Source of the DNA: Myxococcota bacterium
GTDB lineage: Bacteria; Myxococcota_A; UBA796; UBA2385
Length of the DNA: 64,000 nucleotides
Assembly: GCA_942491145.1 (NCBI GenBank)
Contig: CALOBC010000001.1
Location: forward strand, 215,318-279,317
Direction: 5' to 3'
Part shown: positions 47,604 to 58,258 of the stretch, piece by piece
Position numbering within the stretch: the first letter of the stretch is position 1
How the letters are laid out: every line of letters starts with the position of its first letter
Translations under genes and position numbers: made by a program
Notes under the pieces: model-generated
What the model saw: only the letters and a program-made list of their open reading frames with translations
Database searches by the model: none
Told to the model about the DNA's origin: nothing

Positions 47604-48488
47604 ATGCAGGCCAGAGCAACCCCCCACGGCCAGTTCCGGCTCGGTCTCGCGGTGTGGGGCTTCGACAAGTGGATCGGCGGCTTCCTGCCGGCCGGCGTGC
47701 GCAAGGTCGACATGCTGCGGCGCTTCGCGGAGCGGGTGCACACCGTCGAGAGCAACGACACATTTTACGGTGTCGCGGGTGCTGAGGCGTTGCAGAGACG
47801 GGCCGCCCAGACCCCCGAGGGCTTCCAATTCTGCCCCAAGATCCCGAGGACGGTGAGCCACGAAGGTGGCCTATCTGAGGGCATTGTTGATGCGTTGGGC
47901 TTCTTCGATCACATGAGCACCCACCTGGGTGACCGCCTCGGGCCGGTGTTCCTCCAGCTGCCGCCGTCCTGCGGCCCAAGGCAAGGCCCAGACCTGGCCC
48001 GCTTGCTCAACGCTTGGCGCCGCCACACGTCCCACCGGCTCATGGTGGAAGTCCGCCACCGGGACTGGTTTCGGCCGGACAACCAACACCGGCTGGACCG
48101 GTTGTTGACGCGGCTGGGCATGGGCCGGGTCACCCTCGACACCCGCCCGATCTATGCCGGGCCCGACGATCCCCAAGCCGACAACCCCCGCAAGAAGCCC
48201 CAGGTGCCCCTGCACGCAGCGATGATCAACAACACTGCGATGGTGCGGTTCATCAGCCATCCCGATGCCGAGCGCAACGCCCCCTGGCTGACCGAGTGGG
48301 CAGAACGGGTCCACCGCTGGCTCGACGCCGGCCAGGACGTCTACTTCTTTGTGCACTGCCCTCGGGAAGAGTTCTCTCCCGACAACGCAAGGAAATTCCA
48401 ACACATGCTCGAACGACGGGCCGCCCCCGTCTCGCCACTTCCCTGGGACCACCTGCCCGCCGAGCCCGAGCAGCGTCGGCTGTTCTGA
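47604..48488 (+). CDS. DUF72 (YecE-like) family protein
   Basis: ...[12 protein letters not shown]...[17 protein letters not shown]... is typical of DUF72. It is the C-terminal real part of the chimeric 760-aa ORF. Confidence 0.7.
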   Translation: MQARATPHGQFRLGLAVWGFDKWIGGFLPAGVRKVDMLRRFAERVHTVESNDTFYGVAGAEALQRRAAQTPEGFQFCPKIPRTVSHEGGLSEGIVDALGFFDHMSTHLGDRLGPVFLQLPPSCGPRQGPDLARLLNAWRRHTSHRLMVEVRHRDWFRPDNQHRLDRLLTRLGMGRVTLDTRPIYAGPDDPQADNPRKKPQVPLHAAMINNTAMVRFISHPDAERNAPWLTEWAERVHRWLDAGQDVYFFVHCPREEFSPDNARKFQHMLERRAAPVSPLPWDHLPAEPEQRRLF

Positions 48489-48584
48489 GCCCAGCGCAGT
48501 CGGCCGGCAGCTGGGGGCCCAAGAACCAAAGACCGGTCCACAGCACAGGGCCGCGAACCGGTCATGGGGGTCGAGGGCCTGCGC

Positions 48585-51460
48585 CTACTGGGGTCGACAG
48601 ACCAGGAAGGCCCCCCGACAGACCACGCTCACGGCGTCGCCCTCCGCGACACTGACCGTGCCGACACTCGTGAGCGGCTGTCCCTCACCGAACGAGGCCA
48701 GCACCGAGTAGCGGCCCGCGGGCACGGAGCCGGCGCCAAAGGTGCCCGCATCCCCCACAAGCTTGACCGACACGGCATCACCGGAGAAGGAGACCACACC
48801 CTTGGGCACAGCCGGAGCCGGGGCTTCCGCTTCGGGCGCGGGCGCGGGCGCGGGCTCAGGCGCGGGTGCGGGCGCGGGAGCCTTGCGCGCAGCGGACTTG
48901 GGTGGCGCGGACTTGGTCCCCGCAGAGCGACCAGAGGAGCTGGAACGCCGAGAGCGACTGCGCGGGGCGGGCGTCGGGCTCGCTTTTGGCTTTGGTGCTG
49001 CAGCAGGCACTGGCACTGGCGCTGGCACTGGCGCCGCTCCGCCGGCCTCGGCGGGAGACCCGGTGCCTGTGGGCGCGCCGGCTGGACTCGACGGGGAGCT
49101 GGGCGACGCCGTGGACGGTGCCGGTGCAGGGACCATCGGCGGGGCGGGCTTGGCCGCCGGTGGGGGCGAGGCAGAAGGCACCGAGGACAGCGCACTGGTG
49201 CGGGTTTCCGGCGTCTTGGATGTGAACGGGTCAAAGGCCCACACGGCCAGCATCGCGGCAGCCGCGAGGCCCACCATCAGCGCCACACCACCCCAGCCAC
49301 GGTTGTCGTCCCCACCGGACGACGGGGAGGTCCTGGCGACCGCTCGGAGGCGGCGTGTGACCACAGCACCCGACGCCTCCTCACTGACCACCGGCTCCGA
49401 CGGAGGGGCGGCGCGTGAGGCAGGTGGCGTCAGGAAGACCGGCGTCGATGGGGATGCCGCGTCCTCGCGGCTCAGCAGGCGCAGCTTGCCTCGGGGATCG
49501 TCCGTGCCGAGGTCGAAGGCCGAGGGCTGACTGGGGCTGTCCCAGGACACGGCCGCCGCGACCGCCACGCTCCCGACCGACCCGAGGGGATCCTCAAGAA
49601 CAACCTCGATGTCGTCGTCGTCATCGGTCCGGGGCGGGGGAAGCAGCGTGGCTGCGTTTGCGTAGGTGCCCTCAAGGTCATCGGGCTCATCCCCAGACAG
49701 GCTGGGCTCGTCCGGCGGGGGGTAGTCCAGCCGCTCGTCCTCTTGGTGGAAGACCGTGCGCTCACTGTGGCCCAGCTGCGCCGGCGGCTCCGGTGCAGCA
49801 GCAAGGTCGGCCACCGACCACGAGGTGCCGTCCAGCTCCCGCACCCGAATGCGGGGCAAGCGAGAGCGATCCACGGCCCCTTCGGCACGCACCTGCGGTT
49901 GCCGTTGCTCGGGGATCAGCCGGGGCTCGGGGACACGCCGGGCCTCGGTCACCAGCTGCACACCGCTCCAATTCGGGTTGGACAGCAGCTCCGACGAAGG
50001 AGACTCCTCGACCGGTGGCAGTGTGTCTTCGACGTCTTCGTCACCTGCATCTGCCAAGCCCAGGTCCGTCGGCACACTGTCCGGCAGCCCCGCCGATCCG
50101 CCGTGGACGGGCACAACCACGTCGATCTGAGTGGTCGCGGCCTCATGGGCCAACGGGCGCTCAGCGTCGATGCCCAGCTCAGCACCAAAGTCGCCGTCCA
50201 GATCAGCGCTGAGGTCCTCGTCCAGATCAGCGCTGAGCTCCTCGTCCAGTTCAGAGCTGAGCTCCTCGTCCAGATCGTCGTCCAGCGCACCATCCAGATC
50301 GCTGTCGAGCTCCCCATCGGGATCGGCAAGGACCGTCCCCTCGAGCGCATCGTCCACGCCCAGTGCCGCCGCCACACCGACCGCCGCAGCCACCGCGAGG
50401 GGGGCCGGCACTTCCCGAATGGCCACCGCCGCAGCGGGAGGCTCCCGATCTTCGGGGGTCTCGGTGGGCGCGTCCCAGGGCACCGCATCCTGTTCCGGCA
50501 CTGGCGACCACGCGTCCTCGGACGGCGAGCCGGCCTGATCCAGCCGGTTGAGCTCCAGCGACTCCCCCTCGTTGTCCACCCAGAAGGGCACTCGGGTGGT
50601 CAGCCAAGCCTCGGGCTCCGGGGACTCTGCCGAGCGCTGCACCCGCTCCAGCCAGTCGTGGACCTCGCTGGCCGGGGGACGTGTGCTCGGCCGAAACGCC
50701 ATGCACCAGCCCACCAGCTCACCAAGGGCGCTCACCCCCGTCAGCTCATTGACCTTGTCGGAGATCGCACCCACGGTGCCCTCGTGCCACTCCTTCTGGT
50801 TCGACGCGAAGCTGGGCAGTCGACCGGTGAGCATGTGCGCGAGAATGGCAGCCAACGCGTACACATCGGCAGCGTGACTGTCCCGACCGGCCAGGGCCTC
50901 CGGCGCGGTGTAGGCGGACGGAAACACCAGCTTTCGGCGCAGGGCGTCCCGCGGAACGAGGGAGCCCGGCACGCCACTGCCCATCCCGAACACCCGCAGC
51001 TCTCCGTCGAGACCCACGATGATGTGTTCTGGGGACAAGTCACCATGGATCAGCCCATACGGCTTGGGCTTGCGCCGCGGCATCCGGTCCCAGCCGGCGT
51101 GGAGCACCCGGGCCAGCCGTGCCGCGACCGCCGTGGCCACCGACACCGGAAACGGTGCGTCGGACAACGCCGTGGCCAGGCTGACGCCCTCCACCGGGTC
51201 AAAGACCATGGTGTGCTTGCCATCAAAGAGGCCCACCCCACGATCCCGCACCACAAAGGGGTGGCGGAACCGTCCCACCCGATGCCGGCGCGCCCGGTAG
51301 GCCTCCAGCACCGCCTGGGCACCGGGCCCAGTGGGCACAACCAGTCCGACCGTGTGGTCAGGCGAGCCGTCCTCCACGGCGCTCAGCACCGTGCCGAGCG
51401 GCCCACGAAAGGCGACGTCGCCGCCAACAAATTTGCGAATCTGAGTCACGGCATCCTCAC
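48585..51460 (-). CDS. Membrane Ser/Thr-protein-kinase-like protein with acidic D-L-D repeats, Pro/Ala-rich linkers, a TM segment and a C-terminal PEGA-like domain. Catalytic motifs appear partly degenerate.
   Basis: GTG start with GGTGAGGA SD. Kinase fold: GPLGTVLSA Gly-loop, YGLIHGDLSPEHIIV (HRD replaced by HGD; N replaced by H), RVFGMGSG (DFG replaced by VFG), APE. Then (DLDGALDDDLDEELSSELDEELSADLDEDLSADLDGDF), TM WGGVALMVGLAAAAMLAVWAF, and C-terminal PAGRYSVLASFGEG... (PEGA-like). Confidence 0.75.
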
Positions 51461-51462
51461 CT

Positions 51463-52326
51463 TTACCAAGTGCCGACAAGGAGGGCCGCCGTCCCTGTTC
51501 CCAGGGCGACCGCACCAAATCCTGCCGACAGCCAGCCGAAGGTGTTGGTCTGGGTCCGGAGCGCGCCCAGCTCCGCTTGGGAGGTCGACTGGCTCCAGAA
51601 TGCTTGTTCTGTGTTGTGGGCGGCCAAGAAGAAGCCCCCACTGGCGAGCGCCGCGACGCCGGCTGCGCTGGCCAAGCCGACGTTGATCTCACGGCCCGGC
51701 TTGCGGCTGGACCGCCCGGGTGTGGACGCGAGCGCAAGCGTCGGCGGGGTGATCCCCGGCCGCACCAGCATCGACTCGATCACACGGCCCCCGTCCCCAA
51801 AGCGCTGGTAGATGAAGGGCCGATCGGCGGGCGCTTCGGTGGCGAGCGCACCGTCCAAGTGAACCCAGCCGGCCTTGGGCGGGTTGAGCGGGCGTCCCGG
51901 CGTCTCCGGCGAGTTGACCGCGATCTCAAAGTAGGTGCGCATCGGGTGGTTCATCGGCGCCATGGACTCCGGCAGCGTGTAGCCCGGAGCCGCGGCACGG
52001 ACGGCCTTGAACGCAGCCACGGCACCAGCATGGTCCCGATCGAGGAATGCCGCCAAGGCTTCGAGCCGATGGAACGCCGCGGCTTGGCCCGGCGTGAGCC
52101 CCTCCGTCAGGCAAGGCAGTGCTTGGGCCGCATCCAGGCGAGCCTCGCGAAAGCCCTTCTCGTCCATGTTTGCGTAGGCCGCGTCGCCCGCAGCGATCAT
52201 CCGTCCGAAGTCTCGGGCGCCCACCGCGGCGTCGCAGCCGGCAGGGGGCGGGGGTGGCACCGGCTCGGCGGACTGGGCGAGGCCGACCGAGACCCACAGG
52301 CTGGCAGCCAGAATCAATGCGCTCAC
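51463..52326 (-). CDS. Hypothetical secreted/membrane protein (stop overlaps the kinase start)
   Basis: Signal peptide MSALILAASLWVSVGLAQSAEP. C-terminal TM segments. Confidence 0.45.
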   Translation of the reverse strand: MSALILAASLWVSVGLAQSAEPVPPPPPAGCDAAVGARDFGRMIAAGDAAYANMDEKGFREARLDAAQALPCLTEGLTPGQAAAFHRLEALAAFLDRDHAGAVAAFKAVRAAAPGYTLPESMAPMNHPMRTYFEIAVNSPETPGRPLNPPKAGWVHLDGALATEAPADRPFIYQRFGDGGRVIESMLVRPGITPPTLALASTPGRSSRKPGREINVGLASAAGVAALASGGFFLAAHNTEQAFWSQSTSQAELGALRTQTNTFGWLSAGFGAVALGTGTAALLVGTW

Positions 52327-54410
52327 AGGGCACCTCCGAACACAACCGTCACTGAGTTTGCACCGGGCTGGCCGATCAGCAGATCGTCCACACCATCGTC
52401 GTTGAAGTCCCCACCCGCGGCCACCGAAGCACCCGCCTTGGATGCGCTGCCCCCCACCAGCTCAACGCTGGCATCCGAGGGCGTGTGGCCGCCGGAGACG
52501 GGGCTGTAGAAGAGCAGTGCGCGACCGGATCCCCGGGCACCCAGCAGCAGCTCGGACGTGCCGTCGCCGTTGGCATCCGGGACCGCCGCCAGGGCCTTGC
52601 CCAGCTCATCGCCCGGGTCCCCCGCGAACCAGACAATGGCGTCGTTGGCGTCGGCCACACCGGTGATGGGTCCCGCGAACAAGTAGACCGCCCCGTTGGA
52701 ACCCAACTCGGTGGGACTGCCCACCATCAGGTCATCGTAGCCGTCCCCATCGACGTCGCCCACCGGTTCCAGCTCATAGCCAAAGGACGCGTCCCGGTTG
52801 ACGCCAAAGACCAAGCCATCGGCGTCCGCGACCGCCAGCACACCCTCTCGGGCACCGCTGACCACCCCGGCCAGACCGGTCCGGCTCACCACCGCCGAGC
52901 TGGCGCGGTCGGCGCCGAAGACCAGATCGGGCACACCATCACCGGTCAGGTCGCTGTCTCCCGACACGCTGTAGCCAGCCCGGTCGACCGGGACGCCCTC
53001 GACCGTGAGGGCCGCGGCGGCGGTGGTCTGCACGCCCGTGATGGGGCCATGCATCAGGAAGACCGCCCCCGCTGAGTTGGTGCCCCGGCGGTACGCGCCA
53101 ATGGCGAGATCACCGTAGGAGTCACCGTTCACATCACCCAGGGGGGCCATCGAGAAGCCCGCAAAGTCGCCGGCATCCTCGCCGGTCACGACCGCACTGG
53201 CCGCGTCGCTGGCGAGGTGGGCGCCGCTGGAGAGGCTGCCGCTGAACAAGTAGACCGCACCCGCATCGACCCCGCCCAGATCGGCGAAGCCTGCACCGGC
53301 CAGCATGTCGTCCAGCCCGTCCCCATCGAGGTCACCGGCGTAGGCCAAGGTGCCCGCGAACAAGTCCCCCGGGGCATCACCCTGGATGGTGGTGATGGCC
53401 GCGGCCTCCAGATCCACCGTGCCCGACACGCCCGCATCTCCGGGCACAATATAGAGCTCACCGGCATTCTCGAAGTCTGTGAAGTCCGCGGAGGTCGCGG
53501 TCACCACCAGATCGCTGATGCCATCCGCCGTCAGATCCCGTCCGCCGAGGACAGCGCTGCCTGCACTCGAGAATGGCCGTGAGGACGAGTAGGTCACCCC
53601 GGCCATGCTCAGCGAGAGCTGCCCGTCCAGCACACACTCCGAGGGGTCCGCGCTGCAGTCGTTGTCGATGCCGTCACCGCAGACCTCTTCGAGGCCCGGG
53701 TTCGCCAGGGCCTCGTTGTCATCGCAGTCGTCGCCATTGTCGGCAAAGCCATCGGCCATGACACACATCTGTGTCTCGCCCGCGAGGTCGCCAAATCCAT
53801 CACCGTCGGCATCCACGTAGACCGTGACCCCGGTGGTCAAGTCGAGATCGCTGTCGGCATCGTCAATCAGGTTGTCGCAGTCATTGTCCCGACCGTCGCA
53901 GCGCTCGACGGCGCCGGGAAACCGCAGTGGGTCGATGTCATCGCAGTCACCGGCCGAGTCGACGTAGCCCTCGGGTCGGGCGCACGCGGTCAGCGAGATG
54001 TTGCCGCCCACCCCATCGCCGTCGGCGTCGAGGTGCCACTCCCCCGACAGGTTCAAGCTCGCGTCGCTGTCGTCACAGTCGTCGTGGTTGTCGGTCGTGC
54101 CCGAGGGCTGCTCACAGCCTCGCTCCGCACCCCGGGGATCCCCGAAGCCGTCGCCGTCCGCGTCCGCATACCAGACCGCAGCCTCACTCCCGTCGTCGCA
54201 CAGCCCCGTCAACCCATCCGTGCCCGACTCGACCGCCGACTTGCCGTCGGCTTGCCGCCAAGCCAGCTCATCCTCGGAGATCAACACACAACCCGAGACC
54301 ATGGGCAGCAAGAGAGCGGAGAGGAACACCGCAGAGGGCACCCGCGACAACAGCGCCTTGGGGGACGTTTCCGTTGAGAGGGGCGGCATCACGGCATCAC
54401 GCTGTGGCAT
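52323..54410 (-). CDS. Lipoprotein with N-terminal Cys-rich DADGDG...CDDxD 'metal-binding' repeats followed by FG-GAP repeats
   Basis: Lipobox LLLPMVSGCV. Repeats WYADADGDGFGDPRGAERGCEQPSGTTDNHDDCDDSD, LDADGDGVGG...CDDID and VYVDADGDGFGD...GDDCDDNE, then about 7 FG-GAP-like DLxxDGxxDL units. Confidence 0.7.
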   Translation of the reverse strand: MPQRDAVMPPLSTETSPKALLSRVPSAVFLSALLLPMVSGCVLISEDELAWRQADGKSAVESGTDGLTGLCDDGSEAAVWYADADGDGFGDPRGAERGCEQPSGTTDNHDDCDDSDASLNLSGEWHLDADGDGVGGNISLTACARPEGYVDSAGDCDDIDPLRFPGAVERCDGRDNDCDNLIDDADSDLDLTTGVTVYVDADGDGFGDLAGETQMCVMADGFADNGDDCDDNEALANPGLEEVCGDGIDNDCSADPSECVLDGQLSLSMAGVTYSSSRPFSSAGSAVLGGRDLTADGISDLVVTATSADFTDFENAGELYIVPGDAGVSGTVDLEAAAITTIQGDAPGDLFAGTLAYAGDLDGDGLDDMLAGAGFADLGGVDAGAVYLFSGSLSSGAHLASDAASAVVTGEDAGDFAGFSMAPLGDVNGDSYGDLAIGAYRRGTNSAGAVFLMHGPITGVQTTAAAALTVEGVPVDRAGYSVSGDSDLTGDGVPDLVFGADRASSAVVSRTGLAGVVSGAREGVLAVADADGLVFGVNRDASFGYELEPVGDVDGDGYDDLMVGSPTELGSNGAVYLFAGPITGVADANDAIVWFAGDPGDELGKALAAVPDANGDGTSELLLGARGSGRALLFYSPVSGGHTPSDASVELVGGSASKAGASVAAGGDFNDDGVDDLLIGQPGANSVTVVFGGAL

Positions 54411-54911
54411 CGCGGACTCCAGGAGAAGTAGAAGAGAAGGAAGACAGGGAGAAGCGGTGTGAGAGATGCCGACGGACCGGGCCAAGCGAGCGCACTCGCG
54501 GCTCGAGAGCGGCGTCGGGTCCCACGGCAGGTCGCCCACCGCTGCAGCTGCGTGGCCCCAGGCTACCCCAGGGGACCGATAGCAGGGATGCGGACCCTCG
54601 TGGGGACCGACCCAGCAGGGTGGCGGACGGCGTGGGCAGGCCGATGAACAAGCGTCGCATGGGTCCATCATCGTTGCGCTCGTCCCCTCTCCAGCATCCA
54701 CGACGGTCCGGGCGCCACGCAGGGGGCACCCAGGTCGGGGTTCTCGACCACCCATGGGTGAGATGCCGAGATCGGAGGGGGGAGTGAGTCATCGCCGGGG
54801 TTCCGGCCGCTGCCGCCCTGCAACTGTAGACCACACGCGGTGCAACCACCACAGGGGATTGTGTCGAATCGCAGGCAACTGACCGGAGAGGTCGGCGCCG
54901 CGCCGAGGCCC

Positions 54912-56708
54912 TCAGGACAAGCCGGCAGCGCCGAGGATGTCCTGCAGCAGCGGTCCTGTGCCCGCGTCGGCACGCCGTCGAGCATCGGCAAGGCCGTCCG
55001 CGCCCACGGCGGCCTGCACCTCAATGTAGAATTTGAGCTTGGGCTCCGTGCCCGACGGCCGGGCCACAACCCGCGCGCCGCCGTCCAGGTCAAAGACCAG
55101 CACGTTGCTGCGGGGGAAGCGCAGCGGTGCGCGGTCCCCCGTGGCCAGGTCGGTGGCTTGTCCGGTCTGGAGGTCCCGCACACGCAACACGGCCCGTCCG
55201 CCGAGCGTCCGCGGTGGGTCCGAGCGCAAGGTCGCCATGGCCCCGTCGATGCGCGCACGGCCGTCGGCACCGGGCAGCTTGACCGAGTGCTGCACCACGG
55301 CGGCATAGCCAAGCTCCGCGTAGATCTCGTCCAGGTGGGCGGCGAGCGAGCTGCCCCGGCTGCGGCACCAGGCGGCGAGGTCCAGCAGCACCAGCCCGGC
55401 CGAGATGCCGTCTTTGTCCCGGACCACCTCCCCCACCGAGTAGCCGAGCGCCTCCTCAAAGCCCATCACGAAGTGCCCGTCCTGCTCGGCCTTCCAGTCA
55501 ATCGCCGCGTTGGCGATCCACTTGAATCCGGTCAAGGTCTCGGCGTAGGCCGCCCCCCGCAGCGCCGCGAGCCTCTGCAGCAGTGTGGTGCTCACAATCG
55601 TTGTCGCCACGAGCTTCTTGGCCATCGAAACACCGGGGCTGCCGTGGGCGAGCAGGTCGTGGGCCAGCAGCAGCCCGACCTCATTGCCCGAGAGCTGCCG
55701 CCAGCCCGTCCCGTCCGGCACCGCCACCGCGAGGCGATCCGCGTCGGGATCATGGGCGATGATCACCTCAGCCCCCGAGCGCTGCGCACACGCGATCGCG
55801 AGGTCCAATGCGCCGGCCTCCTCGGGGTTCGGGAAGGCCACCGTGGGGAAGGCCCCGTCCGGCTCCACTTGCTCCACAACGGGTACCAGCTCGTGATCAC
55901 CACACCGCTTGAGCACAGCCTTGAGGGTCGCGTAGCCCACGCCGTGCATGGCGGTGTAGACAGCGCGGATGCTGTGGCCGGTGTGCACCCGCAGAGCGAG
56001 CACTTCGGCGAAGTAGTCCGCCATCACGGCGTCTTCGGGCGACAGCACCCGTCCTTCAAGGCGCAGGCTGGCCAGGTCAGGCAGCGCCGGGGTCACCTCG
56101 CCGATCCGGTCGATCTCGGCGGAGATGCCGTGATCGTGGGGGGGAATGATCTGGGCGCCGTTGGCCCAGTAGACCTTGTACCCATTGTCCGCCGGCGGGT
56201 TGTGGCTGGCGGTCACCATCACACCGCCAATGGCGCCATGCCCGACGACCGCGTGGCTCAGCACCGGCGTGGGCACCGGCTCGTCGAAGAGCCTCACCAC
56301 AAGGCCACTGTCGGCCAGGATCGCGGCGGCTTCTTCGGCGAAGATGCGGCTGTTGCGACGGCCGTCAAAGGCCACAACCACGGTGTCTCCGTCGATCTCT
56401 GCCGCGTCACGACGGGCCAGGAGGTAGCGAGCAAAGCCCAGCGTGACCCGGCGGACCACCACCCGGTTCATGCATCCCGGCCCTGCGCCCATGCGCCCGC
56501 GAATGCCCGCCGTGCCGAACTCAAGGCGCGCGCCAAAGGCCTCGGTCAGCGCCCGCAGGCTGCCCAGCTCGGCGGCAGCCACCGCTTCGGCCCGGGTCTC
56601 GGGATCGGGATCGGCGGCGGCCCAGTTCATGGCCCGACGGGAGAGCGCCGCGAGGGTGGGCGCGGCAGCGGGCGAGGTCTTCGATGGGGACACGGCAAGC
56701 TCCTTCAA
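54912..56708 (-). CDS. Phosphohexomutase (phosphoglucomutase/phosphomannomutase family)
   Basis: Active-site loop GGVMVTASHNPPADNGYKVY. Mg-binding DPDADR. 598 aa. Confidence 0.85.
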   Translation of the reverse strand: MKELAVSPSKTSPAAAPTLAALSRRAMNWAAADPDPETRAEAVAAAELGSLRALTEAFGARLEFGTAGIRGRMGAGPGCMNRVVVRRVTLGFARYLLARRDAAEIDGDTVVVAFDGRRNSRIFAEEAAAILADSGLVVRLFDEPVPTPVLSHAVVGHGAIGGVMVTASHNPPADNGYKVYWANGAQIIPPHDHGISAEIDRIGEVTPALPDLASLRLEGRVLSPEDAVMADYFAEVLALRVHTGHSIRAVYTAMHGVGYATLKAVLKRCGDHELVPVVEQVEPDGAFPTVAFPNPEEAGALDLAIACAQRSGAEVIIAHDPDADRLAVAVPDGTGWRQLSGNEVGLLLAHDLLAHGSPGVSMAKKLVATTIVSTTLLQRLAALRGAAYAETLTGFKWIANAAIDWKAEQDGHFVMGFEEALGYSVGEVVRDKDGISAGLVLLDLAAWCRSRGSSLAAHLDEIYAELGYAAVVQHSVKLPGADGRARIDGAMATLRSDPPRTLGGRAVLRVRDLQTGQATDLATGDRAPLRFPRSNVLVFDLDGGARVVARPSGTEPKLKFYIEVQAAVGADGLADARRRADAGTGPLLQDILGAAGLS

Positions 56709-56735
56709 CAGGACCGGCTGCCTATGCTGCCGGGC

Positions 56736-57971
56736 CTACTCCGTCCGGTGCTGCAGGACGACGAGGTCCGACACCGGGATGCTCCCATCGAGAATGCCTT
56801 GTACTTCCGCACTGTCGTCGCCCAACACCACGCTGCGCACAAACGCAAGGCCCAGCGTCTCCACAATCTGAAAGCCAAGGTCCGGGTCAAGCGTCGAACA
56901 CAGCCCCAGCGCAAAGGTCTGGTGGCAGCCTCCTTCCAGCTCAGCCCAGCGAAGGTCGATGCCCGGAGTGTTCTCAAAGCCGTCTGCAGCCCCCACATCG
57001 TCTTCGGTGCCCGAGAGCAGCAACAACGGACCGTGCACCTGCCCCTGGCCCTCTCGGCCCAAGAAGTCCGTCCTGAAGCCACCGGCCATCGGGATCGCGC
57101 CCACCACCCGGGGCTCGTCGAGCACACCGCTCAGGAAGGCCTCACGCTCCCCTTCGGTGCACGTGCCCGAGTGCAGCCCGCCGCCGCCGGCACAGGCACT
57201 GTCGATGAGCTCCGGCACGATCTGGGCGCCCGACGACATCCATGTGGTGTAGACCCCGTAGCTGTGACCCGACATCATCACCCGGTCGGTCATGGCCGCC
57301 CCTGCATCGAGGCCGACTGACGCGAAGGTGCCGTCGGCCAGGGCATCCAAGGAAACCGTCATGTCTTGGGGGCGGTGGATGTAGTGCGCGGTGGGCAGCG
57401 GCTCGACGAAGGCATTGAGCAAGTTGTCGATGTGGTCCGGCGCCACCGCGACCATCCCGTGGCTGGCGACGTGGGCCATGAAGAACGCGCTCGTGCCTGC
57501 AAAGCCCTGGTAGCCGTGGCTGTAGAGCACCACCGGGTAGCCGCCATCGTGGGCGGGAGGGGCCGCCGGGACGTTGCCCAGGGCCTCCGCGTCGGGAAAC
57601 ACATCGAGGAAGACCACGGGGTCCCCTTCGGTGGCCAAGGTCGGGTACCAGACGTGCACCGGTATGGTCCGCGTGCCGCCGATGGCGGGCGTGTAGGTCA
57701 CATCCACCACCGCGTGCCCGACCCCGTACGGCCCGGCCTGGGTCACGTCCCAAGACAGGGGGTCACCAAACCCTTGAAATGGGGTGCCGGAGTCCTCCCC
57801 GTCTTGGCCATCGCCGCCAACGGGTGTGTCTTCAGCGTCGGGCGTGCCCTTGTCTTCGCCGGAGCACGCACCAAAGCCCAACACAACGACACAACCCAAG
57901 AGGGTCCACACACGAGGCGCAACACAACGGGCGGCGGATGGGACCATCAACATCGAGACTCTCCGGGGCAT
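56736..57971 (-). CDS. Alpha/beta-hydrolase lipoprotein (esterase/lipase-like, GHSYG nucleophile elbow)
   Basis: Lipobox VVVLGFGACSG. GxSxG motif MMSGHSYGVY. 411 aa. Confidence 0.7.
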   Translation of the reverse strand: MPRRVSMLMVPSAARCVAPRVWTLLGCVVVLGFGACSGEDKGTPDAEDTPVGGDGQDGEDSGTPFQGFGDPLSWDVTQAGPYGVGHAVVDVTYTPAIGGTRTIPVHVWYPTLATEGDPVVFLDVFPDAEALGNVPAAPPAHDGGYPVVLYSHGYQGFAGTSAFFMAHVASHGMVAVAPDHIDNLLNAFVEPLPTAHYIHRPQDMTVSLDALADGTFASVGLDAGAAMTDRVMMSGHSYGVYTTWMSSGAQIVPELIDSACAGGGGLHSGTCTEGEREAFLSGVLDEPRVVGAIPMAGGFRTDFLGREGQGQVHGPLLLLSGTEDDVGAADGFENTPGIDLRWAELEGGCHQTFALGLCSTLDPDLGFQIVETLGLAFVRSVVLGDDSAEVQGILDGSIPVSDLVVLQHRTE

Positions 57972-58258
57972 GGGCCGCGAAGCCTACCTGAGGAAGGTCC
58001 CGACGGGGGCCCCGGTCGTGTGCCAGTCCGGTCCGTCGAGTCCCAGGCAACGGCAGCTGCGCTCGTGGTCTGCACCCCGCTCCGGGTCGCACGGTTGCAG
58101 GACCCCCGACCAAATCGATCTTCACGCCCAACCCAGATGGCGTGCCTGCCACTGTTGTGGCCCCTGACGACCCGTGGACTCGCTGTCTCAGGCGCGGCCG
58201 CGATAGGACCCGATCCCCGGTGGTCGGGGTGCAGGCCAACGCGCAATGAGGAGGGCAG

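Noticed and set aside
46206-48488. 760-aa plus-strand ORF
   Set aside because: It is chimeric. Its first two thirds run antisense to the 46068..46859 hypothetical gene and to ndk. Only the C-terminal DUF72 portion (from about 47604) is a real gene.
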